A stretch of 64,000 bases of DNA, taken from assembly GCA_963737905.1 (NCBI GenBank), contig CAVTUQ010000015.1:34290-98289 (forward strand), written 5' to 3'. The notes below the pieces were generated by a model. The model did not search any database. It was not told the DNA's origin and saw nothing but the letters and a program-made list of their open reading frames with translations. The translations under genes were made by a program, and so were the position numbers. This document shows, piece after piece, positions 40,965-50,724 of the stretch; the first letter of the stretch is position 1, and the number at the start of each line of letters is the position of its first letter. Origin of the DNA: an uncultured delta proteobacterium. GTDB lineage: Bacteria; Desulfobacterota; Binatia; UBA9968.

Positions 40965-41847
40965 GCCCCCGTCCCTTTTTGGATCTCGGCCCGAACGGCT
41001 CCGGCTGAAACGGCCCGTCGCGGAGCATTAGATATTTCTTCGTGCCCTCGTTAAAACGGGCGTCGTCGAGTGGCTTCCGAAGTTCCTCGCGAAGCATGAC
41101 ATGGGCCGGTGCCGAAAGCTGGTTATCCAAAGTTAAGGCATCCCGCAGCCCCATCATCTGCAACCCCATGGTGGCGATTTGCAGATTAATCTTCACCGTC
41201 TCAGGCGGGATCTGAGCGATGCGCTCGACGATCGAGAAGCATTCATCCAGAAGTTGATCAGGAGGCACGACTTTGACCACGAGGCCAATTCGCAGCGCTT
41301 CCTGGGCGTCGATGTGATCGCCGGTAAGGCCGTAGCGTAGCGCGTTTTTAAAACCCCCGAGCAGCGTCCACATAAAACTCGTATTGGAACCATGGCGCAC
41401 TTCAGGCTGGGCAAACACCGCGTTTTCCGATGCGATCGTGATATGGGTAAATAGCGCAAACCAGGACCCTGCGCCCATGGCCCAGCCGTTGATGCCGCCG
41501 ATGATGGGTTTGGGAAATTCCCACAGGCGCATGAAATTGCGGCTTTCGGAGCGCCAGGAGTCGATTACCTCTCCGGCGCTTAGTCCCGTCGGAATACCAT
41601 AGGGCCAGTGGAGGTCGCGCCGGCGCCCGCTCGCGGTTTTTCCCTGGTCCATGCCGGCGGAAAAGGCGCGCCCGGCGCCCGTGACGACTACGGCGCGGAT
41701 TTCTGGATCGGCTTCAACGTCGTCGAGGGCCGCGTGCAATTCCTTGATCAAATTCCGGCTGATCGCATTCATCGCTTCCGGACGATTGAGGGTGATCAAT
41801 ACGCCGCCGCGTTGTTTCTCATAAATGATCTCTTTGTACTCGGCCAT
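40957..41847 (-). CDS. Enoyl-CoA hydratase/isomerase family
   Basis: LNRPEAMNA, FSAGMD, QPEVRHG. Confidence 0.9.
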   Translation of the reverse strand: MAEYKEIIYEKQRGGVLITLNRPEAMNAISRNLIKELHAALDDVEADPEIRAVVVTGAGRAFSAGMDQGKTASGRRRDLHWPYGIPTGLSAGEVIDSWRSESRNFMRLWEFPKPIIGGINGWAMGAGSWFALFTHITIASENAVFAQPEVRHGSNTSFMWTLLGGFKNALRYGLTGDHIDAQEALRIGLVVKVVPPDQLLDECFSIVERIAQIPPETVKINLQIATMGLQMMGLRDALTLDNQLSAPAHVMLREELRKPLDDARFNEGTKKYLMLRDGPFQPEPFGPRSKKGRGLE

Positions 41848-41872
41848 AGGGGCTCCTTTTATGTGATCGCTT

Positions 41873-42901
41873 TCAATTCTCGTAGAGTCTTTTTATAAAA
41901 CCGCTCGTCTCGACTTCGCGAACGATGCTCTCGTCCACGAATAGCTTTGGGTCCGCTCCTCTGGCCTTGGGCTCCTCTGTGGCGACAAATTCCAGTGTGG
42001 TTTCGATCGCCTTCGGGTTTGCGTAGGGGACGCGATTGTAAAATTTGTGGGCCAACAGATTATAGGAAGCCTCAAGATATTTGATGTCTTTCTCTTGCGC
42101 TGATTGAATACGCAATTTCTTTTGCAGTACTGCGATGCTTTCCTTCTTGTTCTTCTCAAAGTACGCAATTCCTTCACAGATGCCCTTGATGAAGCGCACG
42201 GCCACATCGTGCTGTTTGCGCAGATAACCTTTCGTCGAATCGACGGAATTCTGTAAATAATAGATATCCATCTCAATCGGATCGGCGAGTATTCTATAAC
42301 CACGGTCCTCGGCTACGAAGAATGTCGGTATGGTGAATACGGCCCCGTCGATACCGGCGTTTTCAAGACTCGCTAGCATCGCCGGAGATGAGCCCAACTG
42401 TAGGATTTGAATGTCTTCGGATCGCATGCCCCATTTTCTAAGAAAGAGCTGTAAGACCCAATGGGAAGCGGAACCAAAACGGGTGATGCCGACTCTTTTG
42501 CCTTTCAACTCGGCCGGGCTCTTGATATCCGACCGAACCATGAGTCGCTGAAGGCCGGTTTTAAGAGGAGAAGCCGTCAGCACAGGATCGGCCCCTCTCA
42601 ATGCTGCGCGGATGACGGAATCGCCGCCGCCCACCGAAAATTGAATTTCCCCAGCGAGCAGCGAGCTGACCACGCGCGACGCGCCGCCGCCGATGATGAT
42701 CACTTCGGCATCGATGCCATGCTTCTTAAAAAGGCCCTTCTCTTCGGCAACCCAAATGCTGCCCGATGTCGCGCTGACGGAACTCAAGCCCACCCTGAGC
42801 TTGTCTTGGGCATCGGAAGAGATAGGTGAAAATAGCATGGTACAGAGGAAAACCATCCAAAGACCGTGAGAAAAGAGCGAGCGATTCACAAAGACCTCCA
42901 A
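41873..42901 (-). CDS. ABC substrate-binding protein, SsuA/TauA/NMT1 type
   Basis: Signal peptide; WVAEEKGLFKKHG and LKGKRVGITRFGS. Confidence 0.88.
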   Translation of the reverse strand: MEVFVNRSLFSHGLWMVFLCTMLFSPISSDAQDKLRVGLSSVSATSGSIWVAEEKGLFKKHGIDAEVIIIGGGASRVVSSLLAGEIQFSVGGGDSVIRAALRGADPVLTASPLKTGLQRLMVRSDIKSPAELKGKRVGITRFGSASHWVLQLFLRKWGMRSEDIQILQLGSSPAMLASLENAGIDGAVFTIPTFFVAEDRGYRILADPIEMDIYYLQNSVDSTKGYLRKQHDVAVRFIKGICEGIAYFEKNKKESIAVLQKKLRIQSAQEKDIKYLEASYNLLAHKFYNRVPYANPKAIETTLEFVATEEPKARGADPKLFVDESIVREVETSGFIKRLYEN

Positions 42902-43050
42902 TACGGTTCGGTTGCCGTGAAATTAGCCGGAAATAAACGGCAAACAAGGCTTCTCTAACGTTATGTGAAAGCCGACTTGGGCGTCAAGGGTTTTTCGAAA
43001 ATTAGAATATAGAGACTGGCCGATGAAATCTTAAAGCATTCGTAAAAGCT

Positions 43051-43383
43051 TCAGTCCAAGTGGGCAAAGGCGCGCACCCAGTTTTTTGGTTTGGCGGTAT
43101 GGCCCTCGCCGGTGACATCTTCAGCGAGAAACACGTCCCCGGCTCCAAAGGTCTTGACCGTTCCATCGCCGATACCGATCTCGACAGAGCCGGAGAGGGT
43201 GATACACCACTGCCGGCGAGGAGCCGTGTGCCATCCTAAGAGATCATCGCGGTTTTTATCGTTTTTGAAAACTAGCGTCTTGACCGCAAGCGGCGCCAAG
43301 AAATGCTTTGAGCCTTCGGCCTGATCCAGCTCTTCGAAATGAGACTTACCATCGTTGCCTGAGTACAATCTGAAAAACTGCAT
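43051..43383 (-). CDS. Small cupin-like protein
   Basis: WHTAPRRQ..LSG..GDVFLAEDVTGEGH; GGAGG RBS before ATG 43383. Confidence 0.75.
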   Translation of the reverse strand: MQFFRLYSGNDGKSHFEELDQAEGSKHFLAPLAVKTLVFKNDKNRDDLLGWHTAPRRQWCITLSGSVEIGIGDGTVKTFGAGDVFLAEDVTGEGHTAKPKNWVRAFAHLD

Positions 43384-43460
43384 ATCACCTCCAAGGTATG
43401 TTTGTGTTCTCCGTTGAGTCATTTCGCTGCAGCTGTTGGTTAGTAGCTCTACCAGGGTTC

Positions 43461-43542
43461 GTCATGCCCGTATGCTTTTAGCGGGAATCCAGACGAATTT
43501 TGGACCGGACTCCCGATGAAAACATCTCTAAACGGGTGTGAC
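43461..43542. repeat. REP-like inverted pair (GTCAT..GCGGGAATCCAG type)
   Basis: gtcatgcccg..gcgggaatccag / cggactcccg..cgggtgtgac. Confidence 0.6.
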
Positions 43543-43600
43543 AACTTGAGGAAAGTCATTCGAGGTTCTCTTGATCCCCCGCAGCTTGCTGCGGGGTGAT

Positions 43601-44353
43601 TCATTCTTTTGTTGCCTTGAACCTCAGTCTGACATAATCGGCAAACCAGTCGCCGGCGCCATCACGCAGGCAAGTTGCTAATTCGTTCCTGACTCCTTTC
43701 AGAAAGCTTCCTCGTTGCGATTCAGCTATGGCTTGCGTGAAAGGTTGGGCAAAAACCTCCAGCCAACCCAGGATATCTCCAGGGAGTTTTGTCGGTCGCG
43801 GAATAAGCTCGATGTAACCGACGGCGAAGCCCTCCGCTGAAAGCAGCTCCGTATACTCCTCCGGGGACGGGTAGTACCATGGGTCGACTGCCGTCGGGTC
43901 GATAGCGTACCCTCTGAGCGCGGCATGGAGAGCGGAGCGGATTTTCTCCACGTTACCTTTGCCGCCGAACTCGCCGATGAAGCGGCCACCCGGTTTGAGA
44001 GAATTTGCGATGCCGGCCACAACTGTTTCTGGCTGTTTCATCCAGTGCAGCGCTGCGTTGGTAAATACGGCGTCGAATCGCCGTTGGAAACAAAGCTGAT
44101 GGCCGTCCATCATCACAACATTCAGTCGGCGTTCCTTAGCTGCTAGAAGTTGCGGAAAACTCGAATCGGCACCAATCACTGCACAGCCATGACCAGCTAG
44201 CTTCTCCGTTAGCGCGCCATCGCCGCAGCCCAAGTCCAAGACGAGTTCTCCGGGCTGCGCGTCCAGCAGCTGTAATAGCGGTTCGCCCAAGTCAGAGACA
44301 AATCGGGCGTTTTTCCCGTAGGTCTGCGGGTCCCAGGATGTCGACTGGCCCAT
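43601..44353 (-). CDS. Class I SAM-dependent methyltransferase (Tam-like)
   Basis: VLDLGCGDG, FDAVFTNAALHW, DYVRLRF. Confidence 0.9.
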   Translation of the reverse strand: MGQSTSWDPQTYGKNARFVSDLGEPLLQLLDAQPGELVLDLGCGDGALTEKLAGHGCAVIGADSSFPQLLAAKERRLNVVMMDGHQLCFQRRFDAVFTNAALHWMKQPETVVAGIANSLKPGGRFIGEFGGKGNVEKIRSALHAALRGYAIDPTAVDPWYYPSPEEYTELLSAEGFAVGYIELIPRPTKLPGDILGWLEVFAQPFTQAIAESQRGSFLKGVRNELATCLRDGAGDWFADYVRLRFKATKE

Positions 44354-44426
44354 AGCACACCACGCTATCATTTCACACTTATCTTGAAAAACAGTGAATT
44401 AACCGGCTTACTAGGAAGTACGCTTG

Positions 44427-45626
44427 ATGGAGAGAAAGAACGTTGATTTGTCGTCGCTGAAGATCGACCGGTCTTCGCAGGGTGTGGCTGGGCGGCCGAG
44501 AAAATCCAGGTGGCTACGAAAAATTGCCTTGTGGGTGGTTGTGATCGGCGTGCTGGCCGCCGGTTTCCTATTTCTCAAGGACTTTTTAGACCCACCCATC
44601 GAAGTGCAACTTGCGACTGCAACTCTGACGTCTCCGGCGCAGGCCAATGCGGTATTGACTGCCAGTGGTTACGTGGTTGCGCGTCGCAAGGCCGCGGTGG
44701 CATCTAAAGGAACCGGCACGCTCGTTTTCTTGGGTGTCGAAGAAGGGGATAAGGTTAAAAAGGGGCAGGTCATCGCGCGCCTTGACGATTCCGATGTCGC
44801 CGCAACCTTGCAAAGGGCGCGGGAGAATTTGCGGTTCGCCGAGGCGGATCTCAATGACGCGAAACAATCCTTGGAGCGCCAAAAAATTCTCCTCGAGCGC
44901 GACATCGTTGCCCGAGCGGAATACGACGTTGCTGAAGCACGCTACAAACGGGTCGTCGCCGGCATCGACGCCGCCAAGTTCGCCGTCAAAGAAGCACAAG
45001 TCGCAGTGGACAACATGACAATCATCGCGCCATTCGACGGCACGGTCCTGAAAAAGAACGCGGATGTCGGGGAGATCGTCGCACCCCTGGCGGGCGCCGC
45101 CAGTTCCAAGGCGGCCGTTGTGACCATCGCAGACATGTCGTCCCTCGAAGTCGAGGCCGACGTTTCCGAAGCTAATATCACACGCGTCGTTCCGGAGCAG
45201 GGCTGCGAAATCCGGTTGGACGCCTATCCCGACCGGCGCTATCTTGGCTACGTTACCAAGATCGTGCCCACTGCCGACAGAGCCAAAGCCACGGTGCTGG
45301 TGAAGCTCAAATTCAAAGAATATGACGATCGCGTCTTACCGGAGATGGGAGCCAAAATAACCTTCCTGGCTCCGGGTTCCGATCAGAATGCGGTGCAAGC
45401 AAAATCGTTGCTGACGGTTCCGTTCGCGTCGGTGTCGACCAGAAATGGCCGGCAAGTGGTGTTCCAGGTCAAGGACGATCGCGCGGTTGAGATCCGGGTC
45501 ATTTTGGGAGAGCGAATGGGAAATCTGGTCGAGATCAAGGAGGGTTTGAAGGAAGGGGATAAGGTGATTGGAAAAATCGATCAGAGTCTTCGCGACGGTT
45601 TAAAGGTATCAATCAAGAATAAATGA
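44427..45626 (+). CDS. MacA-like periplasmic adaptor (membrane fusion protein)
   Basis: One TM helix, VEEGDKVKKGQ, coiled coil, APFDG. Confidence 0.9.
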   Translation: MERKNVDLSSLKIDRSSQGVAGRPRKSRWLRKIALWVVVIGVLAAGFLFLKDFLDPPIEVQLATATLTSPAQANAVLTASGYVVARRKAAVASKGTGTLVFLGVEEGDKVKKGQVIARLDDSDVAATLQRARENLRFAEADLNDAKQSLERQKILLERDIVARAEYDVAEARYKRVVAGIDAAKFAVKEAQVAVDNMTIIAPFDGTVLKKNADVGEIVAPLAGAASSKAAVVTIADMSSLEVEADVSEANITRVVPEQGCEIRLDAYPDRRYLGYVTKIVPTADRAKATVLVKLKFKEYDDRVLPEMGAKITFLAPGSDQNAVQAKSLLTVPFASVSTRNGRQVVFQVKDDRAVEIRVILGERMGNLVEIKEGLKEGDKVIGKIDQSLRDGLKVSIKNK

Positions 45627-45638
45627 CTCGCTCTCTTC

Positions 45639-46313
45639 ATGAAACAGGCTCTCATCGAAGTTCAAAACCTTTCCAAGTCTTACCGGCGCGACAGTTTAGA
45701 GATACCGGTTCTAAGAAACATCTCGCTGAACGTGGCGGAAGGCGAATTTATTGCCTTCATGGGCCCTTCCGGTTCAGGAAAAACCACCCTCCTTAACCTC
45801 ATCGCTGGCATCGATAGACCCAGTGGAGGGCGTATTCTGATCGCGGGAGTCGATGTCACCGAACTCACTGAAACCGAGCTGGCGTCATGGCGATCGCGCA
45901 ACGTCGGTTTCATTTTTCAGTTCTATAATCTGATTCCCGTGCTGACCGCAGTGGAAAATGTGGAGCTGCCGCTCATTCTGACGCCGCTATCGAAAAAAGA
46001 GCGGCGAGCTCATGCGGAAATGGCGCTGCAGGTGGTTGGACTTGCCGAGCGCATGTACCATTATCCGCGCCAGCTCTCCGGCGGTCAGGAACAGCGCGTT
46101 GCCATTGCCCGGGCCATCGCAACCGATCCGGCGATTCTTGTGGCTGATGAGCCGACCGGAGATCTTGATAAGGTCTCGGCCGAGGAAGTGCTCGACCTGA
46201 TGGATCAGCTCAACCGCGAGCTCAATAAAACCATTCTCATGGTGACCCACGATCCCCGGGCTGCGGAGCGGGCCCGTTCGGTGCGCCATCTGGAAAAGGG
46301 CGAGCTGGCCTGA
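45639..46313 (+). CDS. ABC ATP-binding protein (MacB/LolD type)
   Basis: GPSGSGKT, LSGGQEQR, DEPTG. Confidence 0.95.
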   Translation: MKQALIEVQNLSKSYRRDSLEIPVLRNISLNVAEGEFIAFMGPSGSGKTTLLNLIAGIDRPSGGRILIAGVDVTELTETELASWRSRNVGFIFQFYNLIPVLTAVENVELPLILTPLSKKERRAHAEMALQVVGLAERMYHYPRQLSGGQEQRVAIARAIATDPAILVADEPTGDLDKVSAEEVLDLMDQLNRELNKTILMVTHDPRAAERARSVRHLEKGELA

Positions 46314-47473
46314 TGGAACTCATCCGACTCCTTTTGCGCAACACCCTGCGCCACAAACTGCGGAGCTTGCTCACCGTTTTCGGCATAGGTGTTGCTGTGA
46401 TGGCGTTCGCCCTGCTGCGAACCGTCGTTACGGCGTGGTACGCGGGCGTCGAGGCGTCCGCAGCGAATCGATTGATTACCCGCCACGCCGTTTCCTTTGT
46501 TTTTCCATTGCCGCTATCTTACCGCGACCGTATCGCTCAGGTGCCGGGGGTGGAGAAAGTCACTTATGCCACGTGGTTTTCTGGAGTCTACATCGACAAA
46601 AAGCAATTCTTTGCACGATTAGCAGTCGATTCGGAAACGTTTTTCGATGTCTATCCGGAGTTTCTAATCGAAAAAGAGCAGTTCGAAGTCTTCAAGCGCG
46701 AGCGCAACGCCGCCATCATCGGAATTGATATCGCGGAAAGATACAACCTGAAACTTGGGGATATCATGCCGATGGAAGGCGATGTTTACCCAGGCCGGTG
46801 GGAATTTGTCGTCCGAGGAATTTATCAGCCGAGAGACCAAAGCACCGATCCGTCCAGCATGATGTTTCACTATAAGTACGTCGACGAGCGCGTCCGTCAG
46901 GAGGCGCCTCACCGGGCAGGGGACATCGGCTGGTATATCGTGCGCATTGCCAACCCCGATGACTCGGCCTCGGTGTCCCAGGCCATCGACAAGCTATTTG
47001 CAAATTCCCGGGCAGAGACCAAGACCGAGACGGAGAGAGCCTTTCAACAGAGTTTTCTATCGGCCGCGAGCGCAATCATTACGGCGATGAATATCATGTC
47101 TTTTGTGATCATCGGCATAATTCTCTTGGTGCTGGGCAACACTATGATTATGTCTGTGCGCGAAAGAACTCACGAATATGCGGTACTCAAAGCCCTCGGC
47201 TTTTCCGGTCCGAGTCTGTTCTTTCTAATTGCCGGCGAGTCAATGATTCTCGCCGTACTCGGGAGCGCTTTCGGTTTATTGGTGACCTTGCCCGCGGTCG
47301 AGGGTTTTCAGAAATCGCTGCCAAAAGGCTGGTTTCCCGTTTTTTACATTAAACCCGAGACCATTCTATTCGCGTGTATTGCGGGTTTGCTGGTCGGCTT
47401 CATCGCTTCGATCATTCCTATCCGGCGGATTCTGACAACTCGGATTGTCGAAGGCTTGAGGCACGTGGGGTAA
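46313..47473 (+). CDS. MacB/FtsX-type ABC permease
   Basis: RSLLT N-terminal TM, periplasmic domain, ERTHEYAVLKALG. Confidence 0.9.
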   Translation: MELIRLLLRNTLRHKLRSLLTVFGIGVAVMAFALLRTVVTAWYAGVEASAANRLITRHAVSFVFPLPLSYRDRIAQVPGVEKVTYATWFSGVYIDKKQFFARLAVDSETFFDVYPEFLIEKEQFEVFKRERNAAIIGIDIAERYNLKLGDIMPMEGDVYPGRWEFVVRGIYQPRDQSTDPSSMMFHYKYVDERVRQEAPHRAGDIGWYIVRIANPDDSASVSQAIDKLFANSRAETKTETERAFQQSFLSAASAIITAMNIMSFVIIGIILLVLGNTMIMSVRERTHEYAVLKALGFSGPSLFFLIAGESMILAVLGSAFGLLVTLPAVEGFQKSLPKGWFPVFYIKPETILFACIAGLLVGFIASIIPIRRILTTRIVEGLRHVG

Positions 47474-48642
47474 TGCAGATTCCGTTGAAATATATTTTAC
47501 GTAGTTCATCGTCGCGTCGCTTAACAACAGTCTTTACGATCCTTGGGATTGCCCTCGTGGTATTCGTCTTTACAGCGGTCTTGATGATGGCCAATGGGGT
47601 GCAACAAACGTTGAAATCGACGGGTTCCGACGATAACGTGACGGTGGTGCGCAAGGCGGCGGCAAGTGAAATTATGAGCATCATCGATCGGGAAGCGGCC
47701 GGCATCGTCACTAACATGCCGCAGGTCGCCCGGTCCGCGGAGGGACGGCCCATCAGTTCCAAAGAAGTTGTGGTCATCATAAACCTGCAGAAAATTGGAT
47801 CGGATGGGATCAGCAACGTCACCGTACGTGGCGTCGAGGAAGCTGCGCTTCAACTGAGGCCGCAGGTTCGCATTGTCGAGGGGCGAATGTTCAAATGGGG
47901 CGCGCGAGAAATTATCGCCGGCGCCGGGATCACGAATCGCTTCGTAGGCGCCCAGATTGGTCAACAGATCAAATTTGGCGGCGACTTATGGACGGTGGTC
48001 GGCATCTTCGACTCCGATGGCAGCGGCTTTGACTCCGAGGCTTGGGGTGACCTCAACCAGATTGCCGATGCTTTCAGACGATCGTCCTTCTCTACGGTCA
48101 CATTTAGGCTCAATAACCCGGATGACCTGTCGGATCTCGTAACCGCCTTCGATGGCGATAACCGCTTGCAGTTTTTCGTGCCAAAGAGAGAGAAGAAATT
48201 TTTTGAGGAGCAATCAGAGATGATGGCTACGTTTATCCGGATTCTGGGTCTCTTCATCACAGTCATCTTCAGCACCGGCGCAACCATTGGCGCGATGATC
48301 ACCATGTACGGAGCCGTTGCCAATCGAACGGTTGAAATCGGCACCCTCCGAGCGTTGGGCTTTTACCGGCGGAGCATTCTGATAGCGTTCTTAGGTGAAT
48401 CGTTTGTTTTGTCCTTATCCGGAGGACTACTTGGCTTGGCGCTCGCCTCGCTGCTCCAGTTCTTTACGATTTCGACATTGAACTTCGGCTCTTTCTCCGA
48501 GCTGGCCTTTTCATTTGCTCTTTCCCCCTCCATCATCGCGACGTCACTGGGTTTTTCCTTGCTCATGGGACTCGTCGGTGGTTTTTTGCCAGCGGTCCGA
48601 GCTGCGCGCTTAAACATTATTCAAGCATTAAGGGCGGTGTAG
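47473..48642 (+). CDS. MacB/FtsX-type ABC permease
   Basis: TAATG overlap; RTVEIGTLRALG and PAVRAARL. Confidence 0.9.
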   Translation: MQIPLKYILRSSSSRRLTTVFTILGIALVVFVFTAVLMMANGVQQTLKSTGSDDNVTVVRKAAASEIMSIIDREAAGIVTNMPQVARSAEGRPISSKEVVVIINLQKIGSDGISNVTVRGVEEAALQLRPQVRIVEGRMFKWGAREIIAGAGITNRFVGAQIGQQIKFGGDLWTVVGIFDSDGSGFDSEAWGDLNQIADAFRRSSFSTVTFRLNNPDDLSDLVTAFDGDNRLQFFVPKREKKFFEEQSEMMATFIRILGLFITVIFSTGATIGAMITMYGAVANRTVEIGTLRALGFYRRSILIAFLGESFVLSLSGGLLGLALASLLQFFTISTLNFGSFSELAFSFALSPSIIATSLGFSLLMGLVGGFLPAVRAARLNIIQALRAV

Positions 48643-48648
48643 GAGTTT

Positions 48649-49251
48649 ATGGATAAGCGTGCACCCGATATCACTAGACGTCGCTGCCCTTGGGTCGATC
48701 TGACCAAACCGGACTATGTTGAATATCACGACAGAGAGTGGGGCGTCCCGGTGCATGACGATCGGAAGCTCTTCGAATTTCTAACCCTCGAGGGCGCTCA
48801 GGCGGGGTTGAGCTGGTACACAGTTTTGCGCAAGCGGGAAGCTTATCGAAAGGCATTTAGGCAGTTCGACCCGAAGCGGGTTGCCCGATACGAGAAGCGG
48901 GAACTGGTGTCCCTACTCAAGAATCCAGGCATTATCCGCAATCACCAAAAAATCGTCGCCGCTATCGGCAATGCCCAATGTTTCTTGAAAGTGCAGGCAG
49001 AGTTTGGGAGCTTCGACCGATACATCTGGCGCTTCGTCAACGGAAAGCCAATCGTTCATAAGCTAAGACGACTGACGGATTACCCCGCGACCAGCACTGA
49101 GTCGGATGCGCTGAGCAAGGACCTAAAGCAGCGCGGCTTCAAGTTCGTCGGCTCTACGATCTGCTATGCGCATATGCAAGCCACCGGGATGATCAACGAT
49201 CATGTGGTCGATTGTTTTCGGCGACGTGAAATTGTCGATGGTCATCGCTAG
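48649..49251 (+). CDS. tag: DNA-3-methyladenine glycosylase I
   Basis: RCPW, YHDREWG, LEGAQAGLSW, NDH..C. Confidence 0.96.
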   Translation: MDKRAPDITRRRCPWVDLTKPDYVEYHDREWGVPVHDDRKLFEFLTLEGAQAGLSWYTVLRKREAYRKAFRQFDPKRVARYEKRELVSLLKNPGIIRNHQKIVAAIGNAQCFLKVQAEFGSFDRYIWRFVNGKPIVHKLRRLTDYPATSTESDALSKDLKQRGFKFVGSTICYAHMQATGMINDHVVDCFRRREIVDGHR

Positions 49252-49533
49252 ACAAGCGATGCCACCAGAAGACAACTAGCGCAACATTGCTCACACGTCA
49301 TTTCTACCTTCCACCCTTGCCCATCTTGTCTCTCTAAATCTTGATCACGCAAGATAAAATTCACCTTTTCTTGGCTGGGGTACGATACAAGATCGAACAT
49401 CGCGAGCGACGATTCTGACGATGCTCTGACGAAACTGTCACCGCTTTTTTCACTCCTTATTTGTGACAATTTTTTTAACACTATAACCCGCAGGAAAGAG
49501 ACGGCTTCCATAGACCATTCCAGTACTCATTGG

Positions 49534-49549
49534 TGGCACAATTTGTGCT
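49534..49549 (+). promoter_or_regulatory. Sigma54 (-24/-12) promoter of the tad pseudopilin genes
   Basis: TGGCACAATTTGTGCT = GG-N10-GC; TGTCA/TGACA half-sites about 70-110 bp upstream. Confidence 0.6.
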
Positions 49550-49646
49550 CACCGTAAACGCGATCGAGAGACAAGACTGTCAAAGGTTGAAGTGGAAACA
49601 TCAGAACGAAAGCTTTTGTAAGAAAAATAAACACAATGGAGTTTAT

Positions 49647-50117
49647 ATGATGTCGTTACAGTCGATACGTGGCCAACGAGGACAAGCTGTAGTTGAGCTG
49701 ACTTTTTCGTTTCTTATTTTCATAACTATTTTCTTTGCGATCGTTGAGTTTTCACATCTCCTATATACAAAAGTAGCTCTGCAAAACGCGCTTCGGGAAG
49801 CCGGCAGATACATGGTTACGGGCCGGACGGGTCAAGACGTAAACGGCAACAATATTCCCCGAGATCAAATGGTTCATGACGTGTTCTGCGCCAATGTTTT
49901 TGCGGTTGGGATTCCGTGCCCCAACCTCGGTTCAAATTTCCAATTTACTTGCCTCGATGGCACTGGATGTCCGCCAGGAGGGGGCCCTGATCAAACCGTA
50001 ATGGTTACGGTAACGCTTGCCAAGCCCGCCTTAATCCCTCTTTTTGACCGATTCTTTCCCACAGGCGGATTTCCATTTCAGCTTCACACTACGTGGAGAA
50101 ATGAGCCTTATGCTTAA
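49647..50117 (+). CDS. TadE-like pseudopilin
   Basis: RGQAVVEL prepilin cleavage motif, TM helix, REAGRY. Confidence 0.85.
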   Translation: MMSLQSIRGQRGQAVVELTFSFLIFITIFFAIVEFSHLLYTKVALQNALREAGRYMVTGRTGQDVNGNNIPRDQMVHDVFCANVFAVGIPCPNLGSNFQFTCLDGTGCPPGGGPDQTVMVTVTLAKPALIPLFDRFFPTGGFPFQLHTTWRNEPYA

Positions 50118-50130
50118 GTCTGGAGGTTTT

Positions 50131-50709
50131 ATGATGACTACGATGCCAACAAATACAATACTTCGTTCGAAAAAGGGTCAGTCTTTGATCGAATTGACCT
50201 TCATTACTCCACTAATGCTGCTCTTGGTCTTTGGAGTCGTCGAGGTCGGTTCTGTAATCAGTGCGTATCTTACTATAACTCATACAACCCGGGAGGGGGC
50301 CAATCTGACTTCTCGTGGAACAGCGCCTAACACGGCCCTCGATGCGATCATAGCCGCTGCTGCGCCCACGATTCAAAATAGCAACCAGGCGCAGTGGAGA
50401 GTCATTTATTCGAGACTCCGCCAAAAGATAGGTACACCCTGCAATCCGTCTTGTACTTACATCGTGGATGACGATCCGCTAAACCCTATTCCCGGCCAAA
50501 TTATTCGCGGCAATTTTAGTCAACCAAGTCAGCTCGGCAATATCGGTAATACCGTTACGATTCCGGGAGTTCAAGACGTAGGGCCAGCTCAAACGTTCCA
50601 CGCCATCGAAGTCTATTACGACTATGGCCCCAACGTAATAACTTTCATAGGAAACAACATTAACCACACTTTCTATGAGCGAAGCATCTTTACAAATGTA
50701 AGCAATTAA
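50131..50709 (+). CDS. TadE/TadF-like pseudopilin
   Basis: KGQSLIEL, TM helix, TREGA. Confidence 0.85.
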   Translation: MMTTMPTNTILRSKKGQSLIELTFITPLMLLLVFGVVEVGSVISAYLTITHTTREGANLTSRGTAPNTALDAIIAAAAPTIQNSNQAQWRVIYSRLRQKIGTPCNPSCTYIVDDDPLNPIPGQIIRGNFSQPSQLGNIGNTVTIPGVQDVGPAQTFHAIEVYYDYGPNVITFIGNNINHTFYERSIFTNVSN

Positions 50710-50724
50710 AAGAGGAGCAATATT

